Positions 20,783-30,348 of a stretch of DNA of 64,000 nt are shown in pieces; positions within the stretch are counted from its first letter, which is position 1, and each line of letters begins with the position of its first letter. The stretch lies in sequence record NC_014662.1; one strand, given 5' to 3'. A model generated the notes under the pieces. The model had not been told where the DNA came from and ran no database searches. It worked only from the letters and a program-made list of their open reading frames with translations. Both the position numbers and the translations under genes were made by a program. This DNA comes from Enterobacter phage CC31.

Positions 20783-21832
20783 ATGGCTATAAGAGCTACA
20801 GAAATTCTAGATAAAGCTTTCGGCAGTGGAGAAAAGACCTCTGCCGGCCAAAGCTCTATTTCATCAACTCGAAGAAGTACTGTAACAGCTCAATATCCGG
20901 CAGAACGTTCTGCCGGTAACGACGCTGCAGGAGACCTTCGTGTTCATGACCTTTATAAGAACGGATTGCTGTTTACTGCATACGATATGAGTTCAAGAAC
21001 GACTCCCGACCTTCGTAGTATGCGTCAATCACAATTGAGTAAATCAGCAAGTTCTATTCTCAATAGTCTTGGAATTAAAAACAACGGACAAGTCGATAAA
21101 TCTCCGATTGCGAATATTTTACTTCCACGTTCTAAATCAGACGTTGAATCAATATCACACAAGTTCAATGATGTTGGTGATTCATTAATGACTCGTGGTA
21201 ATAACTCAGCTACTGGAGTATTGAGTAACGTTGCATCTACAGCAGTATTTGGTGCATTAGATTCAATCACTCAAGGTCTGATGGCTGACAATAACGAGCA
21301 AATCTATAACACTGCACGAAGCATGTATGCGGGCGCAGATAACAGAACGAAAGTATTCACTTGGGATTTGACTCCTCGTTCAGTGGCGGATTTGGTTTCA
21401 ATTATTCAAATATACGAGTACTTTAACTATTTCAGCTACGGTGAAACCGGTAATTCAACTTATGCTAAAGAGTTGAAAGGACAATTAGATGAGTGGTACA
21501 AAACAACTCTGTTATCTCCATTGACTCCAGATGGAGCTGATTTGAATAACACAATGTTTGAAAATATCACTTCATTCTTAAGTAATGTTATTGTTGTGAC
21601 TAACCCAACGGTATGGTTCATCAGAAACTTTGGTAAGACATCTAAATTCGATGGAAGAGCTGAAGTGTTTGGCCCATGCCAGATTCAGAGTATTCGCTTC
21701 GATAAAACTCCGAATGGTCAATTCAATGGTTTAGCAATTGCTCCTAATATGCCAAGCACATTCACTCTGGAAATTACTTTCCGTGAAATCTTGACACTGA
21801 ACAGAGCATCACTTTATGCAGAAGGTTTCTAA
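20783..21832 (+). CDS. 48: baseplate tail tube cap gp48
   Basis: 349 aa, T4 position. Confidence 0.8.
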   Translation: MAIRATEILDKAFGSGEKTSAGQSSISSTRRSTVTAQYPAERSAGNDAAGDLRVHDLYKNGLLFTAYDMSSRTTPDLRSMRQSQLSKSASSILNSLGIKNNGQVDKSPIANILLPRSKSDVESISHKFNDVGDSLMTRGNNSATGVLSNVASTAVFGALDSITQGLMADNNEQIYNTARSMYAGADNRTKVFTWDLTPRSVADLVSIIQIYEYFNYFSYGETGNSTYAKELKGQLDEWYKTTLLSPLTPDGADLNNTMFENITSFLSNVIVVTNPTVWFIRNFGKTSKFDGRAEVFGPCQIQSIRFDKTPNGQFNGLAIAPNMPSTFTLEITFREILTLNRASLYAEGF

Positions 21833-22794
21833 TGCTTAATTTAGATGAATTCAACAACCAAGTAATGAACGTTGATTTCCAACGTACAAATATGTTTAGT
21901 TGTGTATTCGCAACGTCTCCATCTGCAAAGTCTCAATTACTGTTGGACCAATTCGGTGGAATGCTTTATAATAACTTGCCAGTCTCAGGAGACTGGCTTG
22001 GATTATCTCAAGGCGAATTTACACAAGGACTTACATCAATTATCACCGCAGGTACTCAGGAACTTGTTCGTAAATCGGGCGTATCTAAGTACCTTATTGG
22101 AGCAATGACTAATCGTGTTGTTCAGTCTTTATTGGGAGAATTTGAAGTCGGTACTTATTTACTTGACTTCTTCAATATGGCTTTCCCAACATCAGGATTG
22201 ATGATTTATTCAGCTAAAATTCCTGATAATAGACTGTCTCATGAAACAGACTGGCTTCATAACTCTCCGAATATTCGTATCACCGGAAGAGAATTAGAGC
22301 CGCTTACTTTAAGTTTCCGAATGGATTCTGAAGCAAGTAACTGGAGAGCAATGCAAGACTGGGTTAACTCTGTACAAGACCCTGTCACTGGATTAAGAGC
22401 TCTTCCTGTTGACGTTGAAGCTGATATTCAAGTTAACTTGCATGCACGCAATGGACTACCTCATACAGTGTGTATGTTCACAGGTTGTGTTCCAGTTTCA
22501 TGTGGTTCACCTGAATTTACTTGGGATGGTGACAACCAAATTGCTGTATTTGACGTTCAGTTTGCTTATCGTGTTATGCAGGTAGGTGCTGTTGGTCGTC
22601 AAGCTGCTGCTGACTGGGTTGAAGATAGACTTGTTCATGCTATTGGAAATATTTCTGATGACATGGGTCTGGACTCATCACTGTCAAGACTTAGTAGATT
22701 AGGAGGCGCTGCTGGAGGTATTACTCAGATGGGTAATGCGATAGGGCGTAAGACTGGAATGTGGAATAGTACTTCCAAGATACTTGGACTATAG
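21832..22794 (+). CDS. 54: baseplate tail tube initiator gp54
   Basis: 320 aa, gp19-like, T4 position; followed by strong terminator. Confidence 0.85.
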   Translation: MLNLDEFNNQVMNVDFQRTNMFSCVFATSPSAKSQLLLDQFGGMLYNNLPVSGDWLGLSQGEFTQGLTSIITAGTQELVRKSGVSKYLIGAMTNRVVQSLLGEFEVGTYLLDFFNMAFPTSGLMIYSAKIPDNRLSHETDWLHNSPNIRITGRELEPLTLSFRMDSEASNWRAMQDWVNSVQDPVTGLRALPVDVEADIQVNLHARNGLPHTVCMFTGCVPVSCGSPEFTWDGDNQIAVFDVQFAYRVMQVGAVGRQAAADWVEDRLVHAIGNISDDMGLDSSLSRLSRLGGAAGGITQMGNAIGRKTGMWNSTSKILGL

Positions 22795-22799
22795 AAAAA

Positions 22800-22829
22800 G
22801 GGAGCCGCAAGGCTCCCTTTGTTTTATTT
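22800..22829 (+). terminator. intrinsic terminator after gene 54
   Basis: GGGAGCC-GCAA-GGCTCCC followed by TTTGTTTTATTT; hairpin identical to the one after gene 23. Confidence 0.75.
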
Positions 22830-23114
22830 GCGGAACACCACGAAAGCATTCAGAACAACTTCCGAAGATTGCTCAATGTTAGTTACAGTGATTTTAAACG
22901 GAACTTCACCATTGAACTTACCGTTCAGAGTGTAAGCGATATACCCCTCACATTTGTCTTCTGGAATTCCGAAAGGTGCCAGTGGAACCATTTCAACCAT
23001 TCCTTTAGCAATCTTTTGAATCTCGTTAAAGACCATGTTATTGAATTCGTCAGATACTGGAACTACACCTTCAACAACAGTTTCTTGGCCATTCATACGC
23101 AGAATCGATTTCAT
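22824..23114 (-). CDS. hypothetical protein (T4 alt.-1 position)
   Basis: ORF trimmed to MKSILRMNGQ because an early promoter -10 lies over the longer N-terminus. Confidence 0.55.
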   Translation of the reverse strand: MKSILRMNGQETVVEGVVPVSDEFNNMVFNEIQKIAKGMVEMVPLAPFGIPEDKCEGYIAYTLNGKFNGEVPFKITVTNIEQSSEVVLNAFVVFRK

Positions 23115-23140
23115 GATGTTCTCCTCAGTTAGTGTAAGTC

Positions 23141-23171
23141 TATAGTAACACACTTCCATGTGCGTGTAAAC
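23141..23171 (-). promoter_or_regulatory. early promoter (GTTTAC -35, TGTGT-TACTAT -10)
   Basis: Member of an eight-copy family; -35 abuts the alt stop codon. Confidence 0.6.
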
Positions 23172-23173
23172 GG

Positions 23174-25309
23174 TTAAAGAACGAACTTCTCTGGAGTGTC
23201 TTCAACATCAATCATTGAAGCCAACAGAGCAAGAATCTTGTTGCTTTCTGATGCCTTTGTGGACTTAACAAATCCTTCAAAATCATATGGACTTGGTTCA
23301 GGCTGAGGCTCGTCACTGTATTCTACTACTTCACCGGTTTCCATAAGAACGTCACCATCATAAACAACAGCTTCGTCTAACTGGTCAGCTGTCATTACTT
23401 CGCCTTGGATGAATTTCTGATTGTCATACACTAGACCATCACTATAAGAAGCATCTACAATGCTGTTGACTTTCAGCATAGTACCGCGAGGCAGAATAAC
23501 TTCCATTTCACCAGACATGTTGCTCAGGTCACCAGGATAAACAACGTTAACTTTCTCACCACCAGTAATAGCCCAACCAATCATGACTCTCGTGCTTTCC
23601 GCCTGCTGAACGTCTTTAGCTGCATGAACCTCATCAGTAAGACCTAATTCAGCATAAGTCATAGAAGCTAACTTGACAGTTTCTGCACTGTTATCTGGCT
23701 GATTCAATACTGCACGAGTATTATCAGAAGCCATTGCAACCGCTTGGTTACCTTTCCAACCACCAAAAATAATTGGAGACAGAGAAGTTGAAACATAGTT
23801 TCTGAAATAGAATACTCTGTTCTTAACCATTGCTTCAAAAATTGGTTTACGGACTGACTGCGAACGCCATAAGGTAAGTCCTTCTGGAATTCTGTCACCG
23901 CGTTTAAAAGCATCATCCAGATTTTTGATAGCAGTAGTAACTTCTTTATAAGACAGCGTATCGTAATTGTCAGCTCTATAACGGCCTAAAAGCATATTGT
24001 TGATGTCTGAATAGCCGGAACCAACATACTCTTTGATGCCGCGTTTTTCTGCATTTGTATATTGAAGAGGTGTACGAGTACGAGTAATATCTTCGATAGT
24101 AGCAGAAACGTTTTTAGCATAACCTTGAAGAGCAGCTTTAATCATTTTGGTACGTTCAATGTTCCAAAGATTGTTAGCCATTTGCTCTTTATCTTTTGGT
24201 TCAAGGTATTGTGGAACTTTAGTCATGATATGTTCCATTGCTTCATATTTACGCTCTTCTAATGTGTCTAAAAGAGTTTGAGTATATGCTTGCATACTCT
24301 GAACTGAAGTTAATGGAGCATTACCAATTCTTGATTCAAGTTCTTTTACGAATCTCTGCTCAAATTTTTCTGACTGACTTAATTTAATTGTAGTCAGTGA
24401 TTTCAAATGGAATATAGCTCCAGTGGCTGCCAATTGAGCAGAACGAGCTTTAGCCGCTTTAGATTCTACCGCGTCCTTTAACTGCTGAGCTTCCGGAATA
24501 GGATTTGCTGTAGCTGGTTTACTGAATTCAGCAGCAGTGGCTTCATACTTTTCAAATTCTTCCGGGTCATGAATGATATCAGAAGTTAATGATTGACTTG
24601 CCGCAACTTGACGACGAGATACCTTAGCACGAGCAATAACAGATTGGTCAGTACGTTTGTCATTCTCTTGAGCAATAGTAGCTGCTAACGCTTCCGATTT
24701 AGAAACTTGCTTACCTGACTTATTGTTGATGTAAACATCACCGACCGCAGTGTCAACCTTAGTGAACTCTTCTGTTGATATCTCTGGGATGCCAGGGATG
24801 GTCGAGAGGTCAACATTCTTACGATGAATAAGAACATATACGTACTTCTTATCGTAATCATAGAGTTCTTTCAGGATAACAAAACGACCACCCAGACGAC
24901 TCATCACCAAACGGTTGATAATCATCTGCACTGCTCGAGCTTGTCCACCCATCTTAGACTTATTGATGCGGAACATTACAGCATCCATTTTGTATTTCTT
25001 CACAGTTTGAGATACTAAGTCAAACATGGTAGAAATAACACCCAATGGATTGCCACCAAGATTTTTCAGCTTAACCAAAGTACCTTTTTCAGATACACCG
25101 AGCACAATAGCATGCATCATTTTATCACCAGGCTTAACGTTCTTGTTAACGTCTCCGCCGCCAGTGTAAGAACACATACGAAGAGCTACTGAACCTTCTG
25201 GAGCAGCAATAGCAAAAATCTGTGGAATTTTAGTTTTCGGATAAAGATTAGTGACCGGAAGCATTTCTGAATCCGCGTCAAAAATCTCATTTAATTGAAA
25301 TTCGGTCAT
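23174..25309 (-). CDS. alt: Alt ADP-ribosyltransferase
   Basis: ~711 aa; N-terminal TNLYPKTKIPQIF and YVLIHRKNV blocks match recalled T4 Alt; late promoter upstream. Confidence 0.85.
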   Translation of the reverse strand: MTEFQLNEIFDADSEMLPVTNLYPKTKIPQIFAIAAPEGSVALRMCSYTGGGDVNKNVKPGDKMMHAIVLGVSEKGTLVKLKNLGGNPLGVISTMFDLVSQTVKKYKMDAVMFRINKSKMGGQARAVQMIINRLVMSRLGGRFVILKELYDYDKKYVYVLIHRKNVDLSTIPGIPEISTEEFTKVDTAVGDVYINNKSGKQVSKSEALAATIAQENDKRTDQSVIARAKVSRRQVAASQSLTSDIIHDPEEFEKYEATAAEFSKPATANPIPEAQQLKDAVESKAAKARSAQLAATGAIFHLKSLTTIKLSQSEKFEQRFVKELESRIGNAPLTSVQSMQAYTQTLLDTLEERKYEAMEHIMTKVPQYLEPKDKEQMANNLWNIERTKMIKAALQGYAKNVSATIEDITRTRTPLQYTNAEKRGIKEYVGSGYSDINNMLLGRYRADNYDTLSYKEVTTAIKNLDDAFKRGDRIPEGLTLWRSQSVRKPIFEAMVKNRVFYFRNYVSTSLSPIIFGGWKGNQAVAMASDNTRAVLNQPDNSAETVKLASMTYAELGLTDEVHAAKDVQQAESTRVMIGWAITGGEKVNVVYPGDLSNMSGEMEVILPRGTMLKVNSIVDASYSDGLVYDNQKFIQGEVMTADQLDEAVVYDGDVLMETGEVVEYSDEPQPEPSPYDFEGFVKSTKASESNKILALLASMIDVEDTPEKFVL

Positions 25310-25332
25310 GACAAGTCCTCTATTGTTTCTTA

Positions 25333-25340
25333 TATTTATA
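25333..25340 (-). promoter_or_regulatory. late promoter core TATAAATA (minus strand) upstream of alt
   Basis: Exact consensus 24 nt upstream of the alt ATG at 25309. Confidence 0.55.
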
Positions 25341-25363
25341 GACAACAAAAGCCCCGAAGGGCT

Positions 25364-25582
25364 TTAGACTGCAATAATATTCCTGAAGATTTCAACCTTT
25401 CCACCGCCACGGGTAGCAATGACCTCATGCTTGTTAATTCCGGAAACTCGACCATCTGTAAATGATTCCACTTCACCCTGTGGACGGAATGGTAATTCGA
25501 CCAAACTCTGTGTTACATTAGCGGCTCGTCCTGAGCCTTCACCTGGATGAGCAATTGTGATAATTTCTAAATAGAATTTCAT
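25364..25582 (-). CDS. hypothetical protein
   Basis: 72 aa, ATGA overlap with gene 30 stop. Confidence 0.55.
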   Translation of the reverse strand: MKFYLEIITIAHPGEGSGRAANVTQSLVELPFRPQGEVESFTDGRVSGINKHEVIATRGGGKVEIFRNIIAV

Positions 25583-27027
25583 AGACCAGTTACCTCATGG
25601 AAATCACCCCAGATATCAGCAAACGTATTTGCTACATCTTTATCACGACGCATTTTAATCGCAATAGGCAAGAACAGCTTGACATAATCAGTTCGCCCTT
25701 CAGCAGCTAACCAACCATTACATTCGGATTCAAGAACACCACCGATGTAGTCATTCTTGTTTTCCCAAATTCGAGTTCGGTCTAACTCATGAGCATCTTT
25801 ACCTGGTTTGTCTTTAAGACCTGAACCAGCTTTAACTTTAATCAGACCACATTCGGATTCAAGATAAAAACCACCGGCTTTACCTGGCTGCTTGCTATGC
25901 TCATAGATATCAACAATACGAAGGTCAATCGTAATAACTTCTTTGAACTTATAAAGGTTTTTAGAACGGGTGTTTTCCCAGAAAGCCCCAATGTTCTTCA
26001 GGATAATACCTTCAAGACCTTCATCAACGTATTTGCGATAAATGACCTTAGCTTCATCAAGATTATGAACGATGTGGTTCTCAATCAGAATCATCTGAGA
26101 GTAACCTTGAACCATCAGTTCTAATGCACGGAAGCGAACATCATAAGCAAATCCAGATTGCTTACCTTCGGAATAAACAACATCCAACGGAACGTAATCC
26201 CATACTTGGAATTTCATACCAGCAGCTTCTTTAGCTGAGATAGTTCCTTTCAGAGATTTGTTAGCCAACCCGTTTGACATTGTACGGGATTCTTCTTTGA
26301 ATTCCTTAGCTTTACTCAGCTCGGGTAAATCACCGAAGATATCGTCCAATGGACCAGCTGGGAGAGTGCTTGCATGATAGACGAGTTCACCATCAATCAT
26401 TACACCGCCAGGATGACGTTCACGAGCTTCTTTGGTCATTTCAATGAGTTGTTGTTTTAACAAATCAAGACCAAGATACTCGTTACCCGCTCGGGACAGA
26501 ATTTTTACATCATCTAATTCATCACCACGAACTTCAGCAAATGCTCTGGCACCATCGGCTTTAAGCTGTGCAAATGCAGGGAACTTGATGTTCTTTTCAA
26601 TACCTTTTTCATCATAAGATGAAGCAAGCATCTGTGGCTGTTCGGGAATTAGATTTTTCCATACTTTATTCGCAATACTACGGGATGCGCCACAGCGCAA
26701 ATCACGAAGCAGAACTTTCTTAACAACTTCTGCATCTGCATCAGATGTTTGAGATAAAGCAATTTCAAGTTTTTCCTTTGCGGCATTACCGGTCACAACT
26801 CGCTTAGCTAATTTTTCTTCTAACAAATAAAGCATGTCTTCAAGAGTAAGATGAATATCACCTTTAGGTCTCGTATCCCACTTCTTGATGTAATACTGGA
26901 GCTTGCCATCATAAGTCATTCTGAATACTCGCTTCAGAAGCTCATTATCTTTATGACGACGGATGATAGCTTCTTTTTCTTTGGTAGAGCCAATTGAAGC
27001 AATTTCATTGATAATATCTAAAATCAT
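25579..27027 (-). CDS. 30: ATP-dependent DNA ligase
   Basis: KFPAFAQLKADGAR adenylation motif and long blocks match recalled T4 ligase; start at MILDIINEIASIGSTKEK. Confidence 0.9.
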   Translation of the reverse strand: MILDIINEIASIGSTKEKEAIIRRHKDNELLKRVFRMTYDGKLQYYIKKWDTRPKGDIHLTLEDMLYLLEEKLAKRVVTGNAAKEKLEIALSQTSDADAEVVKKVLLRDLRCGASRSIANKVWKNLIPEQPQMLASSYDEKGIEKNIKFPAFAQLKADGARAFAEVRGDELDDVKILSRAGNEYLGLDLLKQQLIEMTKEARERHPGGVMIDGELVYHASTLPAGPLDDIFGDLPELSKAKEFKEESRTMSNGLANKSLKGTISAKEAAGMKFQVWDYVPLDVVYSEGKQSGFAYDVRFRALELMVQGYSQMILIENHIVHNLDEAKVIYRKYVDEGLEGIILKNIGAFWENTRSKNLYKFKEVITIDLRIVDIYEHSKQPGKAGGFYLESECGLIKVKAGSGLKDKPGKDAHELDRTRIWENKNDYIGGVLESECNGWLAAEGRTDYVKLFLPIAIKMRRDKDVANTFADIWGDFHEVTGL

Positions 27028-27085
27028 ATTCACCTCGTTTATTGTCCCGAGCGGGTATGACAATTATATCATACCCTTTATAAAG

Positions 27086-27316
27086 CTATTGCCCGCGATA
27101 CTCACGAATGAGTTCAGCCAGAGTTCGGTGGTAAAGTACTCCACCATTTTTACGAGTAATGTAGATTGCGCCATTGAACATCGCATCAATCATTTCACGT
27201 TGTTTTTGATTATCAGCATGAATGTTACGCGCCTTGAAGAACTCTTCTTTGTTTGCGAAACTTTCTAAACGCTTAGTTTTGTCAGTTTGCGGGAACCATT
27301 CAATTACGTTAATCAT
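27086..27316 (-). CDS. hypothetical protein (T4 30.1 position)
   Basis: 76 aa ORF. Confidence 0.55.
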   Translation of the reverse strand: MINVIEWFPQTDKTKRLESFANKEEFFKARNIHADNQKQREMIDAMFNGAIYITRKNGGVLYHRTLAELIREYRGQ

Positions 27317-28182
27317 GCTTTACCTATAGTAGTTTTAGCTGTAGGCTGACGATTCAGATATTCGATACCTGTCCCAATTCCGTATCCTACACCTGGATTG
27401 TAAACAGGAAGATTACCTGGATGCTCATACCACGGCTTATAATCAGAAGGACCTGGATTTACCCATTTCTTTGGAAATTCTGGAAACTTATCAAATGGCC
27501 AATTCGGAGTAGTCTTTTCAACCTTTTTGAATAAGTCGCTCAGCTTATCACCGAGGCTTTCCTGGAATTCGCGCTGATTCATCAGACGCTGAACATGTTC
27601 CCAGTTATGCACCTTTTCTCCATATTTAGAGGAGGTGTCTCGCTGACCACGAGGCATAAACATGCAATTGACTTCACCGCCAAAGACTTCATAAGCTGAA
27701 TCTACATGATGAGGAAGGTCATCAATATAAGCAACAACTCTGTCGCCATATTTTTCTTTGATTTTCTCAAAGAGTTTAGTCTTTGGCTCAGCATGGTCAC
27801 AGATGAAAGTTTCAAGGAAAGCACCTGGGAACAAAGCATTCAAGTTGAATTGACGATTCAGTTTAGCATCTACAGAAGTACCAAGTGCCGTTACTGCAAC
27901 GAAGTCATACTTATCTTTCAGAGCATTGACAACCTTCAAAGCATCGTCATACGCAGCCAGATAGCGAATGAAATCTGAGCAATTATATTTGACCATCAGT
28001 TGTTGAGCAAATTCTTCGTCTACACCAAACAAATCTTTTGGAGCAACGAATTGGTCGTCAATAATCATTTCAAGAATGTGATGAACAGGCAGATTGTACT
28101 TCTGAGCGAAGTAAGGCAAGCCTGATTGCCACTTTACTAATACACCGTCTACATCAGTAGAGATAATTGGTTTATTTGACAT
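27313..28182 (-). CDS. HAD-superfamily phosphatase-like protein (T4 30.2 position)
   Basis: 289 aa; N-terminal ISTDVDGVL is a HAD motif I (DxDGV). Confidence 0.65.
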   Translation of the reverse strand: MSNKPIISTDVDGVLVKWQSGLPYFAQKYNLPVHHILEMIIDDQFVAPKDLFGVDEEFAQQLMVKYNCSDFIRYLAAYDDALKVVNALKDKYDFVAVTALGTSVDAKLNRQFNLNALFPGAFLETFICDHAEPKTKLFEKIKEKYGDRVVAYIDDLPHHVDSAYEVFGGEVNCMFMPRGQRDTSSKYGEKVHNWEHVQRLMNQREFQESLGDKLSDLFKKVEKTTPNWPFDKFPEFPKKWVNPGPSDYKPWYEHPGNLPVYNPGVGYGIGTGIEYLNRQPTAKTTIGKA

Positions 28183-28348
28183 TTTTAGCCTTCATTTTAG
28201 CAATCATGTAAGCCGCGATACAAGATTTACCCGGCAGCGATGGTTGTCCAACTCCACTTAATAGAGTAGTTAACTCTCCTACTTTAATACCGCCTTGATT
28301 TAAGCGTTTTAAAACATCAAGACCTTTCATATCATATTTGACTTGCAT
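28172..28348 (-). CDS. hypothetical small protein (58 aa), not in ORF track
   Basis: Hand-translated MQVKYDMKGLDVLKRLNQGG...AKMKAKNVK; stop overlaps the start of the downstream gene; conflicts with ORF-track ORF 28327..28548. Confidence 0.35.
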   Translation of the reverse strand: MQVKYDMKGLDVLKRLNQGGIKVGELTTLLSGVGQPSLPGKSCIAAYMIAKMKAKNVK

Positions 28349-28495
28349 AACATTTTCTCAAAGGTTGCGATACTGTTAGCTGGGCCACTTAGAGTTATCT
28401 CTATGAACCCAGGCTGACTTGAAGGACCAATTCTGTATATACATATGGCTAATGTTCTTGCGTATTCCAGAAGGTCCTTCGTTAACCCTCTTACA

Positions 28496-28699
28496 TTAAA
28501 CTGTTTCATAAATTTCGTCATTAGCAGCTTTAAGAGGTTCGATTTCACATTCTAAACGAATATCAGTATTCCCATCAACCCATTGTACTTCATAAGCAGG
28601 TTGAACACCATATTCTGGGATTGCTTCAGCAGTATCACAGATGACTCCCGGAATACCGCCTTTTCGCAGCTGTACGGCTTGTAAAATGTGGTATTTCAT
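28496..28699 (-). CDS. hypothetical protein
   Basis: 67 aa, ATGA overlap with the upstream small ORF. Confidence 0.5.
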   Translation of the reverse strand: MKYHILQAVQLRKGGIPGVICDTAEAIPEYGVQPAYEVQWVDGNTDIRLECEIEPLKAANDEIYETV

Positions 28700-28863
28700 T
28701 CTGCCACCGCATAAGTTGGAATTTGACGAAAGAAATCAGGGCATTCAAGCTGATACTTAACTTCTGTATCAGAGACAGTTACACCCAGCACTTCAATCAT
28801 TGGATTGCTCAACATGCCGCGTTCAAATTCAGGTGCTTTATTACGAGGAATAGTGATAATCAT
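28696..28863 (-). CDS. hypothetical small protein (55 aa), not in ORF track
   Basis: Hand-translated MIITIPRNKAPEFERGMLSN...; TAATG overlap upstream and ATGA overlap downstream, typical T4 packing. Confidence 0.45.
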   Translation of the reverse strand: MIITIPRNKAPEFERGMLSNPMIEVLGVTVSDTEVKYQLECPDFFRQIPTYAVAE

Positions 28864-29330
28864 TACAGAGTCTCCAATACAGTTTTTACTTTAGCTTCAG
28901 CAACTTGTTTAACAATCAGAACACGAACACCTTCAATCGCGTTGCGAATTTGCTTTTGAGCTTTTTCTGTAGCTTCATCTTCAGTGTAAGGACCAACACA
29001 GAAGGGCGATTGAGAACGACTGGCCGGGATGGTCATCATCCAGAAATCTTTATCTACAGAAGCTTGCTTAACTTCTTCAAGATACTTATGAATATCAGTA
29101 GCCAAGAAGAAGCACCATACTACATTGAATACACCAACATTAGCATGATGAAGTTTACCATCAACATCAATTGCAATAATGTTTCCACCGCCGTCTATCT
29201 TTTTGACTGTAAATGAAGTTAGTCCGTTATTCAACAGCTTAAGAAGTTCATCAGAATAAGAACTTCCACGATTCTTAAGACAAGTAACACCGGATTCAGT
29301 CAGTTTAAACTCTTTATCAATAATGCTCAT
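28863..29330 (-). CDS. hypothetical protein
   Basis: 155 aa with GAGGAA ribosome-binding site. Confidence 0.6.
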   Translation of the reverse strand: MSIIDKEFKLTESGVTCLKNRGSSYSDELLKLLNNGLTSFTVKKIDGGGNIIAIDVDGKLHHANVGVFNVVWCFFLATDIHKYLEEVKQASVDKDFWMMTIPASRSQSPFCVGPYTEDEATEKAQKQIRNAIEGVRVLIVKQVAEAKVKTVLETL

Positions 29331-29369
29331 AACTATTTCCTCAAGTAGAGGGGCCGAAGCCCCTAATTT

Positions 29370-29732
29370 TTAGATTACGAATTCGTTTGAAACGATATCC
29401 CAAATTGCTTCACGTTGTTCTTCAGTAGTTTTGAGGCTGAGAACATGACGCAGATAAAGTTTAACCAGAATTTTACGATTATCACCGTTCCAAGAAGGAT
29501 GAGTTCCTAAATCGCGAGTACGATGATCATCGTGGAAACCAATTGAAATGACTGAACCTTTGAGTTTGACGTCTAAGGTTGGGCCATTTTCAAAACTGAT
29601 GAAGACGTAGTTATCTTCCCAGTACATATCGATTTGAGCAACTGTGCCATTTTTATGTTCCCAGAGTAAAGTTGTTGAAACGTCCCATGCATTATCTTGA
29701 ACGTATTTTCTGTTAAAGTTTGTGAAGTTCAT
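29370..29732 (-). CDS. hypothetical protein
   Basis: 120 aa; preceded by early promoter and ACGGAG ribosome-binding site. Confidence 0.6.
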   Translation of the reverse strand: MNFTNFNRKYVQDNAWDVSTTLLWEHKNGTVAQIDMYWEDNYVFISFENGPTLDVKLKGSVISIGFHDDHRTRDLGTHPSWNGDNRKILVKLYLRHVLSLKTTEEQREAIWDIVSNEFVI

Positions 29733-29766
29733 TTTGTTCTCCGTTGTATCTGTTTGTTTTTGAGTT

Positions 29767-29799
29767 TATATACTAACACATACAACGGAGGATGTAAAC
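29767..29799 (-). promoter_or_regulatory. early promoter (GTTTAC -35, TGTGT-TAGTAT -10)
   Basis: Family member; 18-nt spacer. Confidence 0.6.
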
Positions 29800-29802
29800 G
29801 GT

Positions 29803-30324
29803 TTAGTTCACTTCTGTGAAAATTGTTTGAGGAACTTGCTCGGTTTTGGCAGTTGCAATCATCTTCATAATGGCAGCTTTTCCTTCAATGTTTTTACGCA
29901 AGAACGACTTGCATGCATCATGAGCTTCTTCGGACGTCATAAGCGTAGCTATTGAACGCGCTTCCCCTACTTGGTCCAGATTCAACCAAACGTTTTCTTT
30001 CTTAGTCTGGCCAAAAGCCGCATACATCACTTCAACGGTCTTTTCTTCAGTTTCAATCAGAAAATTTTTAATTTCATTTGAAGTAAACCAAGGACACGAA
30101 TCGCCATTCATACCATCAATATCAGCACCCTTTGGACTTATCCAGCCTTCATTTTCAAATCGGATAAGACCAATAGAACCTGAAGCAATTGCTTCACCCT
30201 TTGCAATGTAAAAAGGTCTGTCACCGATATAATCGGCAATCAATTGATTTACTCGCTGATTGCATCCTTCAGCGAACTTTAAAAAACCTTCTTTGTCTAA
30301 GCGGTACAGAACATCACTTTTCAT
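29803..30324 (-). CDS. hypothetical protein
   Basis: 173 aa ORF in the early gene run. Confidence 0.6.
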   Translation of the reverse strand: MKSDVLYRLDKEGFLKFAEGCNQRVNQLIADYIGDRPFYIAKGEAIASGSIGLIRFENEGWISPKGADIDGMNGDSCPWFTSNEIKNFLIETEEKTVEVMYAAFGQTKKENVWLNLDQVGEARSIATLMTSEEAHDACKSFLRKNIEGKAAIMKMIATAKTEQVPQTIFTEVN

Positions 30325-30348
30325 AGTTTCCTCATAAGGCCCGAAGGC

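Noticed and set aside
28327-28548. ORF-track 73-aa ORF
   Set aside because: Overlaps the upstream gene by ~50 nt and the downstream 58-codon ORF by 22 nt and spans a long inverted repeat; kept only as an alternative in the findings
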